A stretch of DNA of 64,000 nucleotides from Candidatus Dormiibacterota bacterium (GCA_027339635.1 DAHWNZ010000004.1:12348-76347), one strand, 5' to 3'. Counted from the stretch's first letter, positions 18,036 through 27,823 are shown. The notes: generated by a model from the sequence alone, not told the origin. A program made the numbers and translations.

Positions 18036-20500
18036 CAGCAGCCCTGCTCCAGAAGACGCAGAGCCGCCGACTTGGCGCCATCCTCCAGACCCGCCACCGG
18101 GCCCACGCACGCCGGGCATCCCCACTCGCAATCACACTCGCGCAGCAGGGCTTCAGCTCCCTCAAGCAGGCTCGCATGGAGGTCGAAGAGGCGGGCGCTG
18201 AGGCCCACCCCGCCGGGGTGCACGTCATAGATGAAGACGCAGGGCGAATCCGCCCCACCATCCCTGCCGCCAGGGGTGCCGAGCGGCGGCCGCTCTCCCG
18301 GAGCGAACTCGTCCTGCTGAGGCGCGCCGAGCCGCACAGGAGGCAAGGCGGCCAGGGGCGACCGCACCTGGGTCACGACACCCAGATCCCGTCTGTCGCA
18401 CATGGAGACCAGACAGGCTATCTGGCCCATGGCATGCCCCACACCCTCAAGACCCGCCTCCATCCCTGGCGCCGAGCCCCGAGCGTTGGAAGGGAAGGAG
18501 CACCAGTAGGCGGTGGTCTGGAGGTCGCGCTCCGGAACCCTGATGGGGCCAGCTCCGACGGTCTCATGGGTGAGGAGCCGGATCTTCCGGTACATCGCCG
18601 CGAGGACGCTGACTCGGACCTCGCCGTGAGATCGAGCCGCCACCGAATTGGGCTCCAGGAGCGGGCCGGCGAACCGCTCCAGAACCTGCAGCCCGACCCG
18701 AAGATCCGCGTCGGTGTAGTAGTCGACGGACACCGGATGCACGTAGGCCTTGTGCTCCTCCCAGTCCAGTCGCTCCACGTGGTACTGGCGCCCCTGATGC
18801 ATGTAGATGGCATCGTCATGGACCAGCAGCGGTGCCGACCACTCGTCCAATTCCCCGACCACCCTGGCCGCACCGCCGGCTCGCCCGCCGCCACTTCCCG
18901 ACGACGGACCCTGGGGACCTTGGGATGGCGACCCGCTCTGCGTCGAGGTGTCCATGATCACAACGTTGCTGGCCGCCGCCGTGCGCAGGCTGATGGCATC
19001 GGCAGGGAACGCGTCCGCCGCCCAGTGCCAGCTTCCATGGGCATGGTGGATCAGTCCATCTTCCTCCAACACCTCCAGAAGTCCCCCCAGGTCGGTCGGC
19101 CCGAAGGCCTCACCATCATGAAGAGGGAGTTCGAAGATGGCCGCCTGAAGGTGCCCCGCCAGGATGAGGAGGTTGTCGGGGTCGACGAAGGCACGCTCCG
19201 GCGAGCGGTCCAGGAGATACTCGGGGTGCCGGGCTAGGAATTGGTCAAGAGGGCCACCGCCGGTGATCAACAGCTGCAGCGCCGAGCCTCCGCGCCTACC
19301 GGCCCGGCCCATCCTCTGCCAGAGGCTGGCAATGGTGCCTGGATATCCGACCAGGACCGCGGCATCCAGCCTGCCGATGTCAATGCCAAGTTCCAAGGCG
19401 CTGGTGGAGACGACGCAGCGCACCGCTCCGGAGCGCAGGCCCGACTCGATGGCGCGCCGCTCAAGGGGCAGGTACCCGCCCCGGTAGGCACGGACCGCCG
19501 CGCCCCTTTGCCCCCCAGTTCCCCGGCCATCACGCTCCAACTCGTGCTCCAGATAGTTGAGCAGCAGTTCCACCTGGAGCCGAGTCTGGCCGAAGGCAAT
19601 CGTCTGAGCGCCGGCTCTCACAAGGTCGGGCACGATGCGACGCGCCTCCAGGTTGGCGCTGCGGCGGATGCCGAGCCTGGGCTCGACCACCGGCGGGTTG
19701 AGGACCAGGAATCTTCGAGTCGGAGACGGGGCGCCGTTGCGATCGACAACTCTGACCGGCCGGCCCAGAAGCCGCTCCGCCAATTGCCCAGGATTCGCGA
19801 TCGTCGCTGAGGAACAGATGTAGGTTGGGTTGCTGCCGTAGAAAGCGCAGATCCGGTCCAATCGGCGCACCACATTGGCCACGTGGCTGCCGAAGACGCC
19901 CCGATAGGTGTGCAGCTCGTCAAGGACGACGAAGCGAAGCCCTGAGAAGAGGCGAACCCAAGATGTGTGGTGGGGCAGGATTCCGGTATGCAGCATGTCC
20001 GGGTTTGTAAGCACCACCTGGCCGCTCTGTCTCAACGCGGTCCGAGCACCCGGCGGCGTATCCCCGTCATAGGTGAAGGTCTTGAGGTCGACATCCACCG
20101 CGTCGCTCAGCTGGCGCAACTCATGAAGTTGGTCTTGGGCCAGTGCCTTGGTGGGGAAGAGCATCAGGGCGGTGGCGTCGGGATCGCGCAGCACCGAGTC
20201 AAGGATGGGCAGCAGGTAGCACAGAGACTTACCGGATGCCGTGGGGGTGACGACCGCCACATGCTCGCCCTTGAGAGCGGCATCCACGGCCTCCACTTGG
20301 TGGGTGAACAGGCCCTTCATGCCGCGGTTGGCCAGGCCCCGCTGCAACTGCTCATGCAGCGCCGTGGGATAGGCCCCGTATTGGGCTCTACGGGCCGGAA
20401 GCTCTCGATCCAGGACCACCAGCTCCTGAACACCGGGGCGCTCGACGACCTCTTCCCAACTCTGAGGCATCCTGTCCCGTTCGAAGGTTCGACGCTCCAT
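18035..20500 (-). CDS. mrfA: DEAD/DEAH-box helicase with C-terminal DUF1998 zinc domain (YprA/MrfA-type)
   Basis: Walker A TPTASGKS, DExH VVLDELH, SALELGIDIG, C-terminal Cys cluster CDCEWGCPACV. Start is ATG 20500 or 20470. Confidence 0.8.
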   Translation of the reverse strand: MERRTFERDRMPQSWEEVVERPGVQELVVLDRELPARRAQYGAYPTALHEQLQRGLANRGMKGLFTHQVEAVDAALKGEHVAVVTPTASGKSLCYLLPILDSVLRDPDATALMLFPTKALAQDQLHELRQLSDAVDVDLKTFTYDGDTPPGARTALRQSGQVVLTNPDMLHTGILPHHTSWVRLFSGLRFVVLDELHTYRGVFGSHVANVVRRLDRICAFYGSNPTYICSSATIANPGQLAERLLGRPVRVVDRNGAPSPTRRFLVLNPPVVEPRLGIRRSANLEARRIVPDLVRAGAQTIAFGQTRLQVELLLNYLEHELERDGRGTGGQRGAAVRAYRGGYLPLERRAIESGLRSGAVRCVVSTSALELGIDIGRLDAAVLVGYPGTIASLWQRMGRAGRRGGSALQLLITGGGPLDQFLARHPEYLLDRSPERAFVDPDNLLILAGHLQAAIFELPLHDGEAFGPTDLGGLLEVLEEDGLIHHAHGSWHWAADAFPADAISLRTAAASNVVIMDTSTQSGSPSQGPQGPSSGSGGGRAGGAARVVGELDEWSAPLLVHDDAIYMHQGRQYHVERLDWEEHKAYVHPVSVDYYTDADLRVGLQVLERFAGPLLEPNSVAARSHGEVRVSVLAAMYRKIRLLTHETVGAGPIRVPERDLQTTAYWCSFPSNARGSAPGMEAGLEGVGHAMGQIACLVSMCDRRDLGVVTQVRSPLAALPPVRLGAPQQDEFAPGERPPLGTPGGRDGGADSPCVFIYDVHPGGVGLSARLFDLHASLLEGAEALLRECDCEWGCPACVGPVAGLEDGAKSAALRLLEQGC

Positions 20501-20747
20501 CCCAGAACAAATGTACCAAACTTCTGTTCCCCATGCAATCACGCCCCGGTGCTCTGTTGGCAACGGCCGCGACTGGTCCAGAGGTGACCGCACCTCCTCA
20601 CGTGAACCTCTTGGCCAGGTGTTGGCTCAGCAACCAGAGCTGGTGTCGGGGGTCCAGCCGGCTCGGCCTCCGCCGTCGTCGCCCTCCCCGGCCCGAAAGG
20701 AGCCTCCGAACAGTGAGCAGCCCCGGTGAGATTGGATCTCCCGTCCG

Positions 20748-22049
20748 CTACGCGATCTCATCCTGCTGGGATCTGGCCGGGGCCCGGCCCGGCTTCCAGG
20801 GACCGAAGAGGAGACCATAGAGGATGGCGTTGGCGCATTGAAATACCGCGGCGAGCTCGAACGGCGCCGCTAGGCTCACCTCTTCAAACAGGTACCCGGC
20901 GAGAACTTGACTTCCAGCCATCGTTCCCTGAGCGGGGAGGTTGGACAGGGCGGCCAGGCTGGCGCGCTCCTCGGGATCCGCGACATCCTGGGTGAACGAC
21001 TGTCGCAGAGGCAGCCCGACCCTCTGGGCCAGCATGCGCACGAAGTAGATGCCACCGGCCAACCAGAAGGTCGGTGCCAACACCATGGGGACGAGCAGGA
21101 CCCCGGTGATCGCCCGAACCGCAACGATGGCGGTCACGGTTCCAAGCTTTCTCCCGATCGTGGCGGCGGTCAGGGTGGAGACCAGGGAGCCGAGGTTGAC
21201 GAGCGCAAAGAGCAGCCCAATCTCGCCCGGGCTGGCACCGTATCTCAGGTAGAGCCAGTAGCTCACGAAGGGCCCGAACATACCGATGGCGAACCCGTTG
21301 ACCCCGTTGGTGACCCAGAAGCGCCACAGCATCGGCCACGATCGCCGCGGCCAGCGCACGTGGCGCCTGGCCTGGCCTCCTGCCGGAGGCTGCCGCCGCT
21401 CCTTGATGCCCAAGGCCATGAGACCGGCCACGGCTGCCAGAATGGCCGCCGCCAGAAACGCAGGGCGATAGGCTGCGGTCGCGGCTGAGGCGGTCAGGTG
21501 AGGATGGGTACGGGCCAGGGCGGCCAGCAACCCGCCGAGCAGCGCCCCCAGCGCGGAGACGAACGCGACTCTGCCGAATGCCGCCGCCCGCGCCTGCGCG
21601 GGCGCGCTCTCGGCGACCAGGGCCGACTCGGCGGGCTGATACGGGCCGACACTCCCGCCTCCGGCCCCCGCTCCACGGCCGAAGGTGCCGAGCGCCGCGA
21701 ATATGAACAGAATCGCCGGAGCGCTGGATAGCGAGTAGACGGCCGCCGCGCCCGCTGCCAGCAGAGGAATCGCGATCAGAAACGGCTTGCGGCCGAAGCG
21801 ATCTGAGAAGACTCCGATCACGGACGCCATGATCGCTGAGGTCGCTGTCACACAGAGGAATAAGGCCCCCAGCTCGATGGCCGAGAACCCCTCGGCTGCA
21901 AGGTAGAGGGCCGTGACCACGCCGGCGATCCCGCGGGCGGCGCTCATCGCCAGCCGTGCTCCCAGCACGATCCTGAGGTTGGAGTCGATCCACTTCGGCC
22001 AGAGCCACCGCATCCAGCCCTCGACGCGCTGGTAGACCCGCTCAGGCAC
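20748..22049 (-). CDS. MFS transporter
   Basis: About 12 TM segments. MFS motif A-like GVFSDRFGRKPF. Confidence 0.8.
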   Translation of the reverse strand: MPERVYQRVEGWMRWLWPKWIDSNLRIVLGARLAMSAARGIAGVVTALYLAAEGFSAIELGALFLCVTATSAIMASVIGVFSDRFGRKPFLIAIPLLAAGAAAVYSLSSAPAILFIFAALGTFGRGAGAGGGSVGPYQPAESALVAESAPAQARAAAFGRVAFVSALGALLGGLLAALARTHPHLTASAATAAYRPAFLAAAILAAVAGLMALGIKERRQPPAGGQARRHVRWPRRSWPMLWRFWVTNGVNGFAIGMFGPFVSYWLYLRYGASPGEIGLLFALVNLGSLVSTLTAATIGRKLGTVTAIVAVRAITGVLLVPMVLAPTFWLAGGIYFVRMLAQRVGLPLRQSFTQDVADPEERASLAALSNLPAQGTMAGSQVLAGYLFEEVSLAAPFELAAVFQCANAILYGLLFGPWKPGRAPARSQQDEIA

Positions 22050-22097
22050 GATCCGGCCTTGGTGATCCGGCCGCTGGGATGGCGCCCCCGGCCTCGA

Positions 22098-22607
22098 TCA
22101 CTGGGGCGCCGAGACCAACAACTGAGCCAGCTCCTCCAGCGCCGGCAGGGAGTCCACGATGGCGGCGCGCTCATGGGCTGGAAGATCCGCTAGGGCCGAC
22201 GCGAGCCGGAGCGCCCGCTCCGATCGGAGGCGCCGGTGCAACTCCCTGCCGACCTCAGTCGCTTCCAGAACGGCGGTTCTTTTGTCTCCCGTCTGGGAGT
22301 GACGTTGGAGCACCCCGGCGTGGCACATTCGGGCGACCATTCTCGAGAGCATGGTGGGATTGACCATCTCCACCCGGGCCAGTTCGGTGGGCCGGATCGG
22401 GCCGAGGTGGATCACCGTGGCCAGGGCTGAAAACTCCGCTGGCGTCAGGTCGGCTCCTATCTCGACCGCCCGCAGCCGGCGGCCGAGCCTGAGCAGAGCG
22501 GCCCGCAGTCGGGATGCCTCGGCCAACTCCTCGCCCCTCTCGCTTGGGCCCACGTTGCTCGGCAAAGACCGCGGCTGGTCGCTCATCGCCTGATTATTGC
22601 TTATCAA
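22098..22607 (-). CDS. MarR-family transcriptional regulator
   Basis: Winged-helix core LTPAEFSALATVIHLGPIRPTELARVEMVNPTMLSRMVARM...GDKRTAVLEAT. Directly upstream of the MFS gene. Start is TTG 22607 or ATG 22586. Confidence 0.8.
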   Translation of the reverse strand: MISNNQAMSDQPRSLPSNVGPSERGEELAEASRLRAALLRLGRRLRAVEIGADLTPAEFSALATVIHLGPIRPTELARVEMVNPTMLSRMVARMCHAGVLQRHSQTGDKRTAVLEATEVGRELHRRLRSERALRLASALADLPAHERAAIVDSLPALEELAQLLVSAPQ

Positions 22608-22679
22608 ACGGCAACTTTCGCCTCGTGAACTCGCTCGCGACTGGGCCAGAGGCCATGACCTGGCCGCCCGACAGTACGG

Positions 22680-23390
22680 CTATCGGGACGGCGCCACTCC
22701 TTTGCCGCGAGCGTCCAGAGCCTCCGCCACCCGGTCTGTGACCACCCCCGAGATTGCGGGGTCACTGAAGAACCGGGCCAGGTCCTGGGAGTCGTTGACG
22801 GTCCACACAAAGACCGCCAAGCCCGATTTGCGCGCCTTCGCGAGAGCCCTCGGCCCTGCGCGCCGGCGGTGCAGGACAAGGTGTGTCGCGCCGGCCTCGA
22901 CCGCCATCCTGATCGAGGTGGCCCCCGCCGTGCGAGGTGAGCAGATGAGTCCCGCCGGTAGGTGCTGTGCCAGTTGGCGGGCCCGCCTCACGACCTCCGC
23001 TCGAAACGAGCTGAGCACCAAGAGGTCCGGCGAGAGAGCACCGACCGCGGCGATCACCTCCCGCTCACACCCGCTCTCCTTTATCTCAACGTCAAGAGCG
23101 ATGCGGCCCCCCAGCCGGGCCACGACCTCGGCCAGGAACGGCGGAGCACAATGTGCAGTTGCGGTGATCTCCTCGGCAGTGAGGCTCGAGATCGGACGTC
23201 CTCGCAACTCTGGGTCGTGCGCCACGACCGGGCGGCCGTCCCTGGTCGGGCGCACGTCCAATTCGATCATGTCGGCGCCCAGAGCCAATGCGTTCTCAAA
23301 CGCCGCTATGGAATTCTCAGGATCGGGGCCGAAGCCACCCCTGTGGGCTATGACCAGGGGGCGGCCGCTCCCGGCCGTCAACTTGGACAC
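22680..23390 (-). CDS. Glycerophosphodiester phosphodiesterase family protein
   Basis: VIAHRGGFGPDPENSIAAFENALALGADMIELDVRPTRDGRPVVAHD; VFVWTVND. Confidence 0.85.
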   Translation of the reverse strand: MSKLTAGSGRPLVIAHRGGFGPDPENSIAAFENALALGADMIELDVRPTRDGRPVVAHDPELRGRPISSLTAEEITATAHCAPPFLAEVVARLGGRIALDVEIKESGCEREVIAAVGALSPDLLVLSSFRAEVVRRARQLAQHLPAGLICSPRTAGATSIRMAVEAGATHLVLHRRRAGPRALAKARKSGLAVFVWTVNDSQDLARFFSDPAISGVVTDRVAEALDARGKGVAPSR

Positions 23391-23475
23391 GGCAGCCGCC
23401 TGGGCCTCAGGATGGCCTCAACCCGGGCCGGGGCGCCGGACCGGCAAAGCAGCGGCACAAATAAGGAGCCAAGCC

Positions 23476-23997
23476 ATGGATCTCATCCATCTTGCCATAC
23501 CACCTTGGGATCTGGTGTTGCGATCAGTCGCCATCTACGCCGCCCTGATGATCGCCCTCAGGGTGTTTGGAAAGCGAGAACTGGGCCAGATGACAATCTT
23601 CGACCTGGTCCTGGTGCTGCTGGTGGCCAACGCCGTTCAACCCGCCATGACCGGACCTGACAGCTCGCTGCTCGGTGGCTTCCTCATCATCGTGACGCTC
23701 TTCGTGCTGAACCGGATCGTGAGTTTTGCGCAGGTGCGAAGTCCACGATTTGGGAGGCTTCTCGAGTCTCCCCCCAGGGCCCTGGCTTCGGGCGGGGCCT
23801 GGATACCGGGCGCCCTGGCAAAGGAGGGGGTCGACCCGGCCGAGGCGGAGATGGCGCTGCGCGAGCACGGGGTGGCCGGCGTCGGTGACTGCGAACTGGT
23901 GGAGATGGAGAGTGACGGCTCGATCAGCGTGGTGCCGCGGCAGAGCGCGGGCCGGGTCAGGCCGCGGCGCAGAGTCCGCCTGCTGGAAAAGCGCTGA
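23476..23997 (+). CDS. DUF421 (YetF-like) membrane protein
   Basis: SD AAGGAG at 23463-23468. N-terminal TM helices, GKRELGQMTIFDLVLVLLVAN. The track ORF 22597..23997 is over-extended. Confidence 0.75.
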   Translation: MDLIHLAIPPWDLVLRSVAIYAALMIALRVFGKRELGQMTIFDLVLVLLVANAVQPAMTGPDSSLLGGFLIIVTLFVLNRIVSFAQVRSPRFGRLLESPPRALASGGAWIPGALAKEGVDPAEAEMALREHGVAGVGDCELVEMESDGSISVVPRQSAGRVRPRRRVRLLEKR

Positions 23998-24003
23998 GCC
24001 CCA

Positions 24004-25755
24004 TCAGTCCGGCAGGGTGCCGGTGAGAGATGCCACCCGCAGAATGTCCCTGACGTCCTGGCGCCTCGGGGTCAGGTTGAGCAGCTGACGGTAGATCACG
24101 ACGGCGTCCTCATCGGCCCCACGGACCCGAAGCAGCCGCGCCAAAAACTCGATCCAGATGGGTGCCAAACGTGGCTCCCGCTGTTCCAGGGCCATCCCGG
24201 CCAGCTGCCAGCAGGCTGCCTCGCAGGGTGGCGCGGTGAGCACGGCGGTGGTGAAGCAGAGGACGGCCAGGTCCTCGTCCTTGGACTCACGACATGCCTC
24301 GCCAGCCCTGCAGGCGAGCTCCGCCGCCACCTGCCCGGGGAAGGCTTCCGCGGCGCGCATGGCGAGGGCGGCGGCATCCACCAGACGCCCGGCTCCCAGC
24401 AGGTCCGTCATGAGATTGCTGGCGGTCGGAAGGTCGGCAGGGGCGGACTGCTCGGACGAGGAGCGCACCGCGGCTCGCGCCTGCCCCTTCTCGGCCACCG
24501 CCCGGCGCTGCTCGTGGACCTGGGCCGCGATCTCCTCCAGCAGCGGCGGAAGTTCGCCAAGGCGCTTCTCAAGCCGGCTGTCCCGCTCGGCCTGGGCCTT
24601 TGGTGACAGGCGCACCGACCAGCGCCTGGCTCCGGACCCGATCGGCTCGGCCCCGACGGGAGCCGCCATCACTGGCGTCCTCGGCTGCTCCGCTACCTTG
24701 GCCTCCACCGCCAGAGCGGGTTCCGACGCTGCGGCGGTCGGCGGGGCCGCCTCCGGACTCGGCGTAACCCCTGCCTTGTCGGTCTCGCGCGCAGCAGGGT
24801 CGAACCCCCAGAGCACGGCCCCCTCCGACGGTTCACCGGGGGGCGGCACCGCGGGCTGGTTCACCATCGAAACAGGGGGCGCTGGAGGCACCGTGTTGAC
24901 CACCGGCAAGGGCCTCTGGCCGTCGGCTCGCGGAGGCGCCGACGGCGGGCCCGCGACTGGAGAGACGGGCCCTCCCACAGGGGAGACACGAGTGCCGGGA
25001 GGTGGCGGGAGTGTAGCCGGGTGAGATGCGGAACGGGGCGTTGGCAGGGCCCCAGCTGGATCCCTCGATCCTAGATCTGGTAGGGCCGGGGAGCTCTTGA
25101 CCACTGCTGCCGGGTTGGACGACCGGCCCGGCCCGGGGGAGACCGGCGGCAGGCTGCCGACCCCGGGAGGCTGGGCGCGGCTGCCGGCTCCTGGCGGTGC
25201 GGGCCGACCGGTGGTGGAGAGTTGAGGACCGGCGGCGGCCACTGTGGTGGCCGGGGTCCGCCGGGCAGCCGGCTCAGGGCCACGAGCGGACGGGAGTGAC
25301 GCCACCGGACTTGGTGTGGCAGGAGACGGCCGGTTGGGCGCGGGCGCCGCAGATGGGGTTGCCCCCACACCCGGGGCGGGGACGGCGTTGGACGCCGGGG
25401 GGCCGGGAGCCTTGGTGGCCTGCATCAGCATCCCCATCGCTCGCAGCTCCTCCTCCGTCGCCAACAGCAGGAGCAGTTCATACATCGCCCGGCCCATCCG
25501 GCGCAGCAGGGCTGCGGCCAGATCCGGATGGCCAGCCTCCTCCACACGGCGAGTGATCAGGCGAGCCACCTGGTTGACACTGTCCTCAGTGATCGGGATC
25601 CCCCGCAGAGAGGCAACCTCCTGCTGGATGACCGCGGGGAGTTCTGGGACCTGGGGCGCGATGTCGCGCGCCAGGTGAGCCCACGACTGGGCCATGTCGG
25701 CGATCCCCTGGGCCACTGAGCTGCTGATCCCCGTGGCCCTGCTGTCGACTGACAT
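24004..25755 (-). CDS. Hypothetical protein: helical N-domain, about 250-aa Pro-rich linker, TPR-like C-domain
   Basis: Strong third-position G/C bias. No family recognised. Start chosen at ATG 25755 (MSVDSRATG); the track ORF extends to 25854. Confidence 0.55.
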   Translation of the reverse strand: MSVDSRATGISSSVAQGIADMAQSWAHLARDIAPQVPELPAVIQQEVASLRGIPITEDSVNQVARLITRRVEEAGHPDLAAALLRRMGRAMYELLLLLATEEELRAMGMLMQATKAPGPPASNAVPAPGVGATPSAAPAPNRPSPATPSPVASLPSARGPEPAARRTPATTVAAAGPQLSTTGRPAPPGAGSRAQPPGVGSLPPVSPGPGRSSNPAAVVKSSPALPDLGSRDPAGALPTPRSASHPATLPPPPGTRVSPVGGPVSPVAGPPSAPPRADGQRPLPVVNTVPPAPPVSMVNQPAVPPPGEPSEGAVLWGFDPAARETDKAGVTPSPEAAPPTAAASEPALAVEAKVAEQPRTPVMAAPVGAEPIGSGARRWSVRLSPKAQAERDSRLEKRLGELPPLLEEIAAQVHEQRRAVAEKGQARAAVRSSSEQSAPADLPTASNLMTDLLGAGRLVDAAALAMRAAEAFPGQVAAELACRAGEACRESKDEDLAVLCFTTAVLTAPPCEAACWQLAGMALEQREPRLAPIWIEFLARLLRVRGADEDAVVIYRQLLNLTPRRQDVRDILRVASLTGTLPD

Positions 25756-25953
25756 TTGCTGGGAAGTGTGACAGCCGCAGTACGCGTCCTGGTTGCGAGG
25801 AGTCAACGAATTGGTGACGGTGTGGAAGGTGAGTTGGGGCGGCCCCGATACCATGGGCCTGTGCCCCAGCCATCAGCGCCGACGCAACTCACGCCTCCCA
25901 CGCCTTGGCTGGCCAGAGTGCAGGAGTGGCTGTGGGCCAAGCGGGAGTTTCGC

Positions 25954-26883
25954 ATGGTCCCAGACCTGCGCATCCCCTTCTCCGTGGACGGGCAGGCAGA
26001 GATGGCAGCGGGCGACCTGCCCCGAGTGGCCTTCGCCGGGTTCCCGTCCGATTACAGCCTGGCCCTCCTGCTGGCCCTCCTGAGCTGCCCCGTGCGAGTG
26101 GTGGGGCTCGCCACCAGCCTTGGCGCCAATCCGGCGATCTCCGGCGAGAACGCCCTGGGGCAGGTGGCGGAGCACGTGGGCATCCCCCTGCTCCGGTTGG
26201 CGAGGGTCAACGACTATGACTCCCTGGTCGCCTTGGAGCGCCTTGGGGCCGATCTCTTCATGGTCGCGAGCTTCGACCAGATCCTGAAGCGCCAGGCACT
26301 TCAGATTCCGGCCCGGGGTTGGATCAACGCCCATCCCTCCCTGTTGCCGAACTACCGCGGACCGGAGCCGATCTACTGGGCCATAGTGAACGGGGAGTCG
26401 GAGGCTGGAATCAGCTTTCAGCGGGTGGCCGAGAAGATCGACGCCGGTCCGCTGCTGGCCCAGGAGAGAGTCGCCGTCCACCCGAGGGACACCGCCGGCT
26501 CACTGACCCGGCGGGCGACCGAGGCTGGGGCCCTTCTGGTGGCCCAGGTGATCCGCGACGCTCTGGAGGGTGTGCCCGGCCAACCGATGGATCTCGCCCA
26601 GGGGTCCTACTACACCTCCGTTGGACACCGGCGCATCGATCGGGTGGGCTCGGTGGAGATGGCCGACCGGCTGGTGCGGGCCGGTAATCCCAACATGCTG
26701 GCGGCGACCCTCTGCGGCGGTCGCCTCTGCTACGTCCTGCGCGCGCGCCCAATCGCGAGGGACGATCCCAGCCTGGGGCCAAGATTGCAATTCCAAGACG
26801 GGGACCTGCTCCTGGAGGAGACCGTGGACCGCTGCGGCTGCCATCACGGCGAGCCCGTGGGAACCTGCCCTCACGACGAGTGA
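25954..26883 (+). CDS. Formyltransferase-family protein (Fmt-like N and C domains) with Cys/His-rich tail
   Basis: WINAHPSLLPNYRGPEPIYWAIVNGE...GISFQRV. C-terminal CGCHHGEPVGTCPH. Start is uncertain (ATG 25954 or 26002). Confidence 0.7.
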   Translation: MVPDLRIPFSVDGQAEMAAGDLPRVAFAGFPSDYSLALLLALLSCPVRVVGLATSLGANPAISGENALGQVAEHVGIPLLRLARVNDYDSLVALERLGADLFMVASFDQILKRQALQIPARGWINAHPSLLPNYRGPEPIYWAIVNGESEAGISFQRVAEKIDAGPLLAQERVAVHPRDTAGSLTRRATEAGALLVAQVIRDALEGVPGQPMDLAQGSYYTSVGHRRIDRVGSVEMADRLVRAGNPNMLAATLCGGRLCYVLRARPIARDDPSLGPRLQFQDGDLLLEETVDRCGCHHGEPVGTCPHDE

Positions 26884-26932
26884 TCGGTCGCCCGGGGCTA
26901 CCATTTCCGGGGTGACTACTGCGGGGCCCCAA

Positions 26933-27823
26933 ATGGGCCGAGCGCAACACAGCCTGATCCTCACCAAGGTCGACGTCCGGCGCAGTTGGCGAGCTGCTGA
27001 TTCCGTGGCCCGGGAGGAGGCGCTCCAGCTAATGGTCGACGGCACTCCCCTGGGCATTGTCATGCGCACCCCGGGCGCTGACATCGACCTCGCCCTCGGG
27101 CTGCTGCACGCGGAGGGGGTGCTGCGGTCACTCGCCGACGTGACGTTTGTGACGTTCGCCCCGAGCGGCCAGGAGAAATGGCCCTCCGCGAGGCTCGAGC
27201 TACGGCCCGACCCCAAGCTGGAGAACCTGGTGGATGTGCACCTGCAGCAGCCGCTCTCCCCACTGGCACTGGGTTGGCAGCGCAACCTCCCCTCGAGCAG
27301 CGCCTGCGGCATCTGCGGCGCGGCCACCCTGGATGCCGTGCTGCGCTTCCAGCCTCCGGTGGTGGGTGACCGCCACTGGACCCGCGGCCGCATAGTCGGG
27401 CTGCCCGAGATCCTCCGCTCGTCCCAGGCGGTGTTCAGCAGAACCGGGGGGCTGCACGCGGCGGGGCTGCTGCCGTTCGGGAAGGAGGACATGGCGGTGG
27501 CCGAGGACGTGGGCCGGCACAACGCCGTCGACAAGCTCGTAGGGCAGGCGCTGCTCGAAGATCGGCTGCCTCTGACCGACTCCTGCCTGGTGGTCAGCGG
27601 CCGGGCCGGCTTCGAGATCGTACAGAAGGCGGCGGCCGCCCAGGTCGCCGTGGTCGCCTCGGTCTCGGCCCCGTCCTCGATGGCGGTCCAAACCGCGGAC
27701 GCCCTGGGCGTCACTCTGATCGGCTTCCTGCGAGGACAGTCGTTCAACATCTACACCCACCCGGAGCGGATCTCGGGGGTGGACGAACCCGGCGGACCCG
27801 GCGCAGACGGGGCTTCCCTCTGA
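26933..27823 (+). CDS. fdhD: Formate dehydrogenase accessory sulfurtransferase FdhD
   Basis: Catalytic Cys loop SSSACGICG, DVGRHNAVDKL, VVSGRAGFEIVQKAA. ATG 26933 (MGRAQHSL). Confidence 0.88.
   Translation: MGRAQHSLILTKVDVRRSWRAADSVAREEALQLMVDGTPLGIVMRTPGADIDLALGLLHAEGVLRSLADVTFVTFAPSGQEKWPSARLELRPDPKLENLVDVHLQQPLSPLALGWQRNLPSSSACGICGAATLDAVLRFQPPVVGDRHWTRGRIVGLPEILRSSQAVFSRTGGLHAAGLLPFGKEDMAVAEDVGRHNAVDKLVGQALLEDRLPLTDSCLVVSGRAGFEIVQKAAAAQVAVVASVSAPSSMAVQTADALGVTLIGFLRGQSFNIYTHPERISGVDEPGGPGADGASL

Noticed and set aside
18035-20500. DUF1998 helicase as part of a DISARM-like or other defence system
   Set aside because: DUF1998 is fused to the helicase and paired only with a YprB-type exonuclease. 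No methylase, PLD nuclease or SNF2 partner is present. The architecture matches the MrfAB repair pair.
22597-23475. N-terminal 293 codons of the 466-aa + strand ORF
   Set aside because: This part is antisense to the GDPD gene. Only the portion from ATG 23476, which has an AAGGAG SD, matches DUF421/YetF.
26500-27750. 416-aa ORF on the - strand across formyltransferase/fdhD, and 14413..15426 + across the permease
   Set aside because: Both are antisense to well-supported genes and have no recognisable domains, so they are shadow ORFs.
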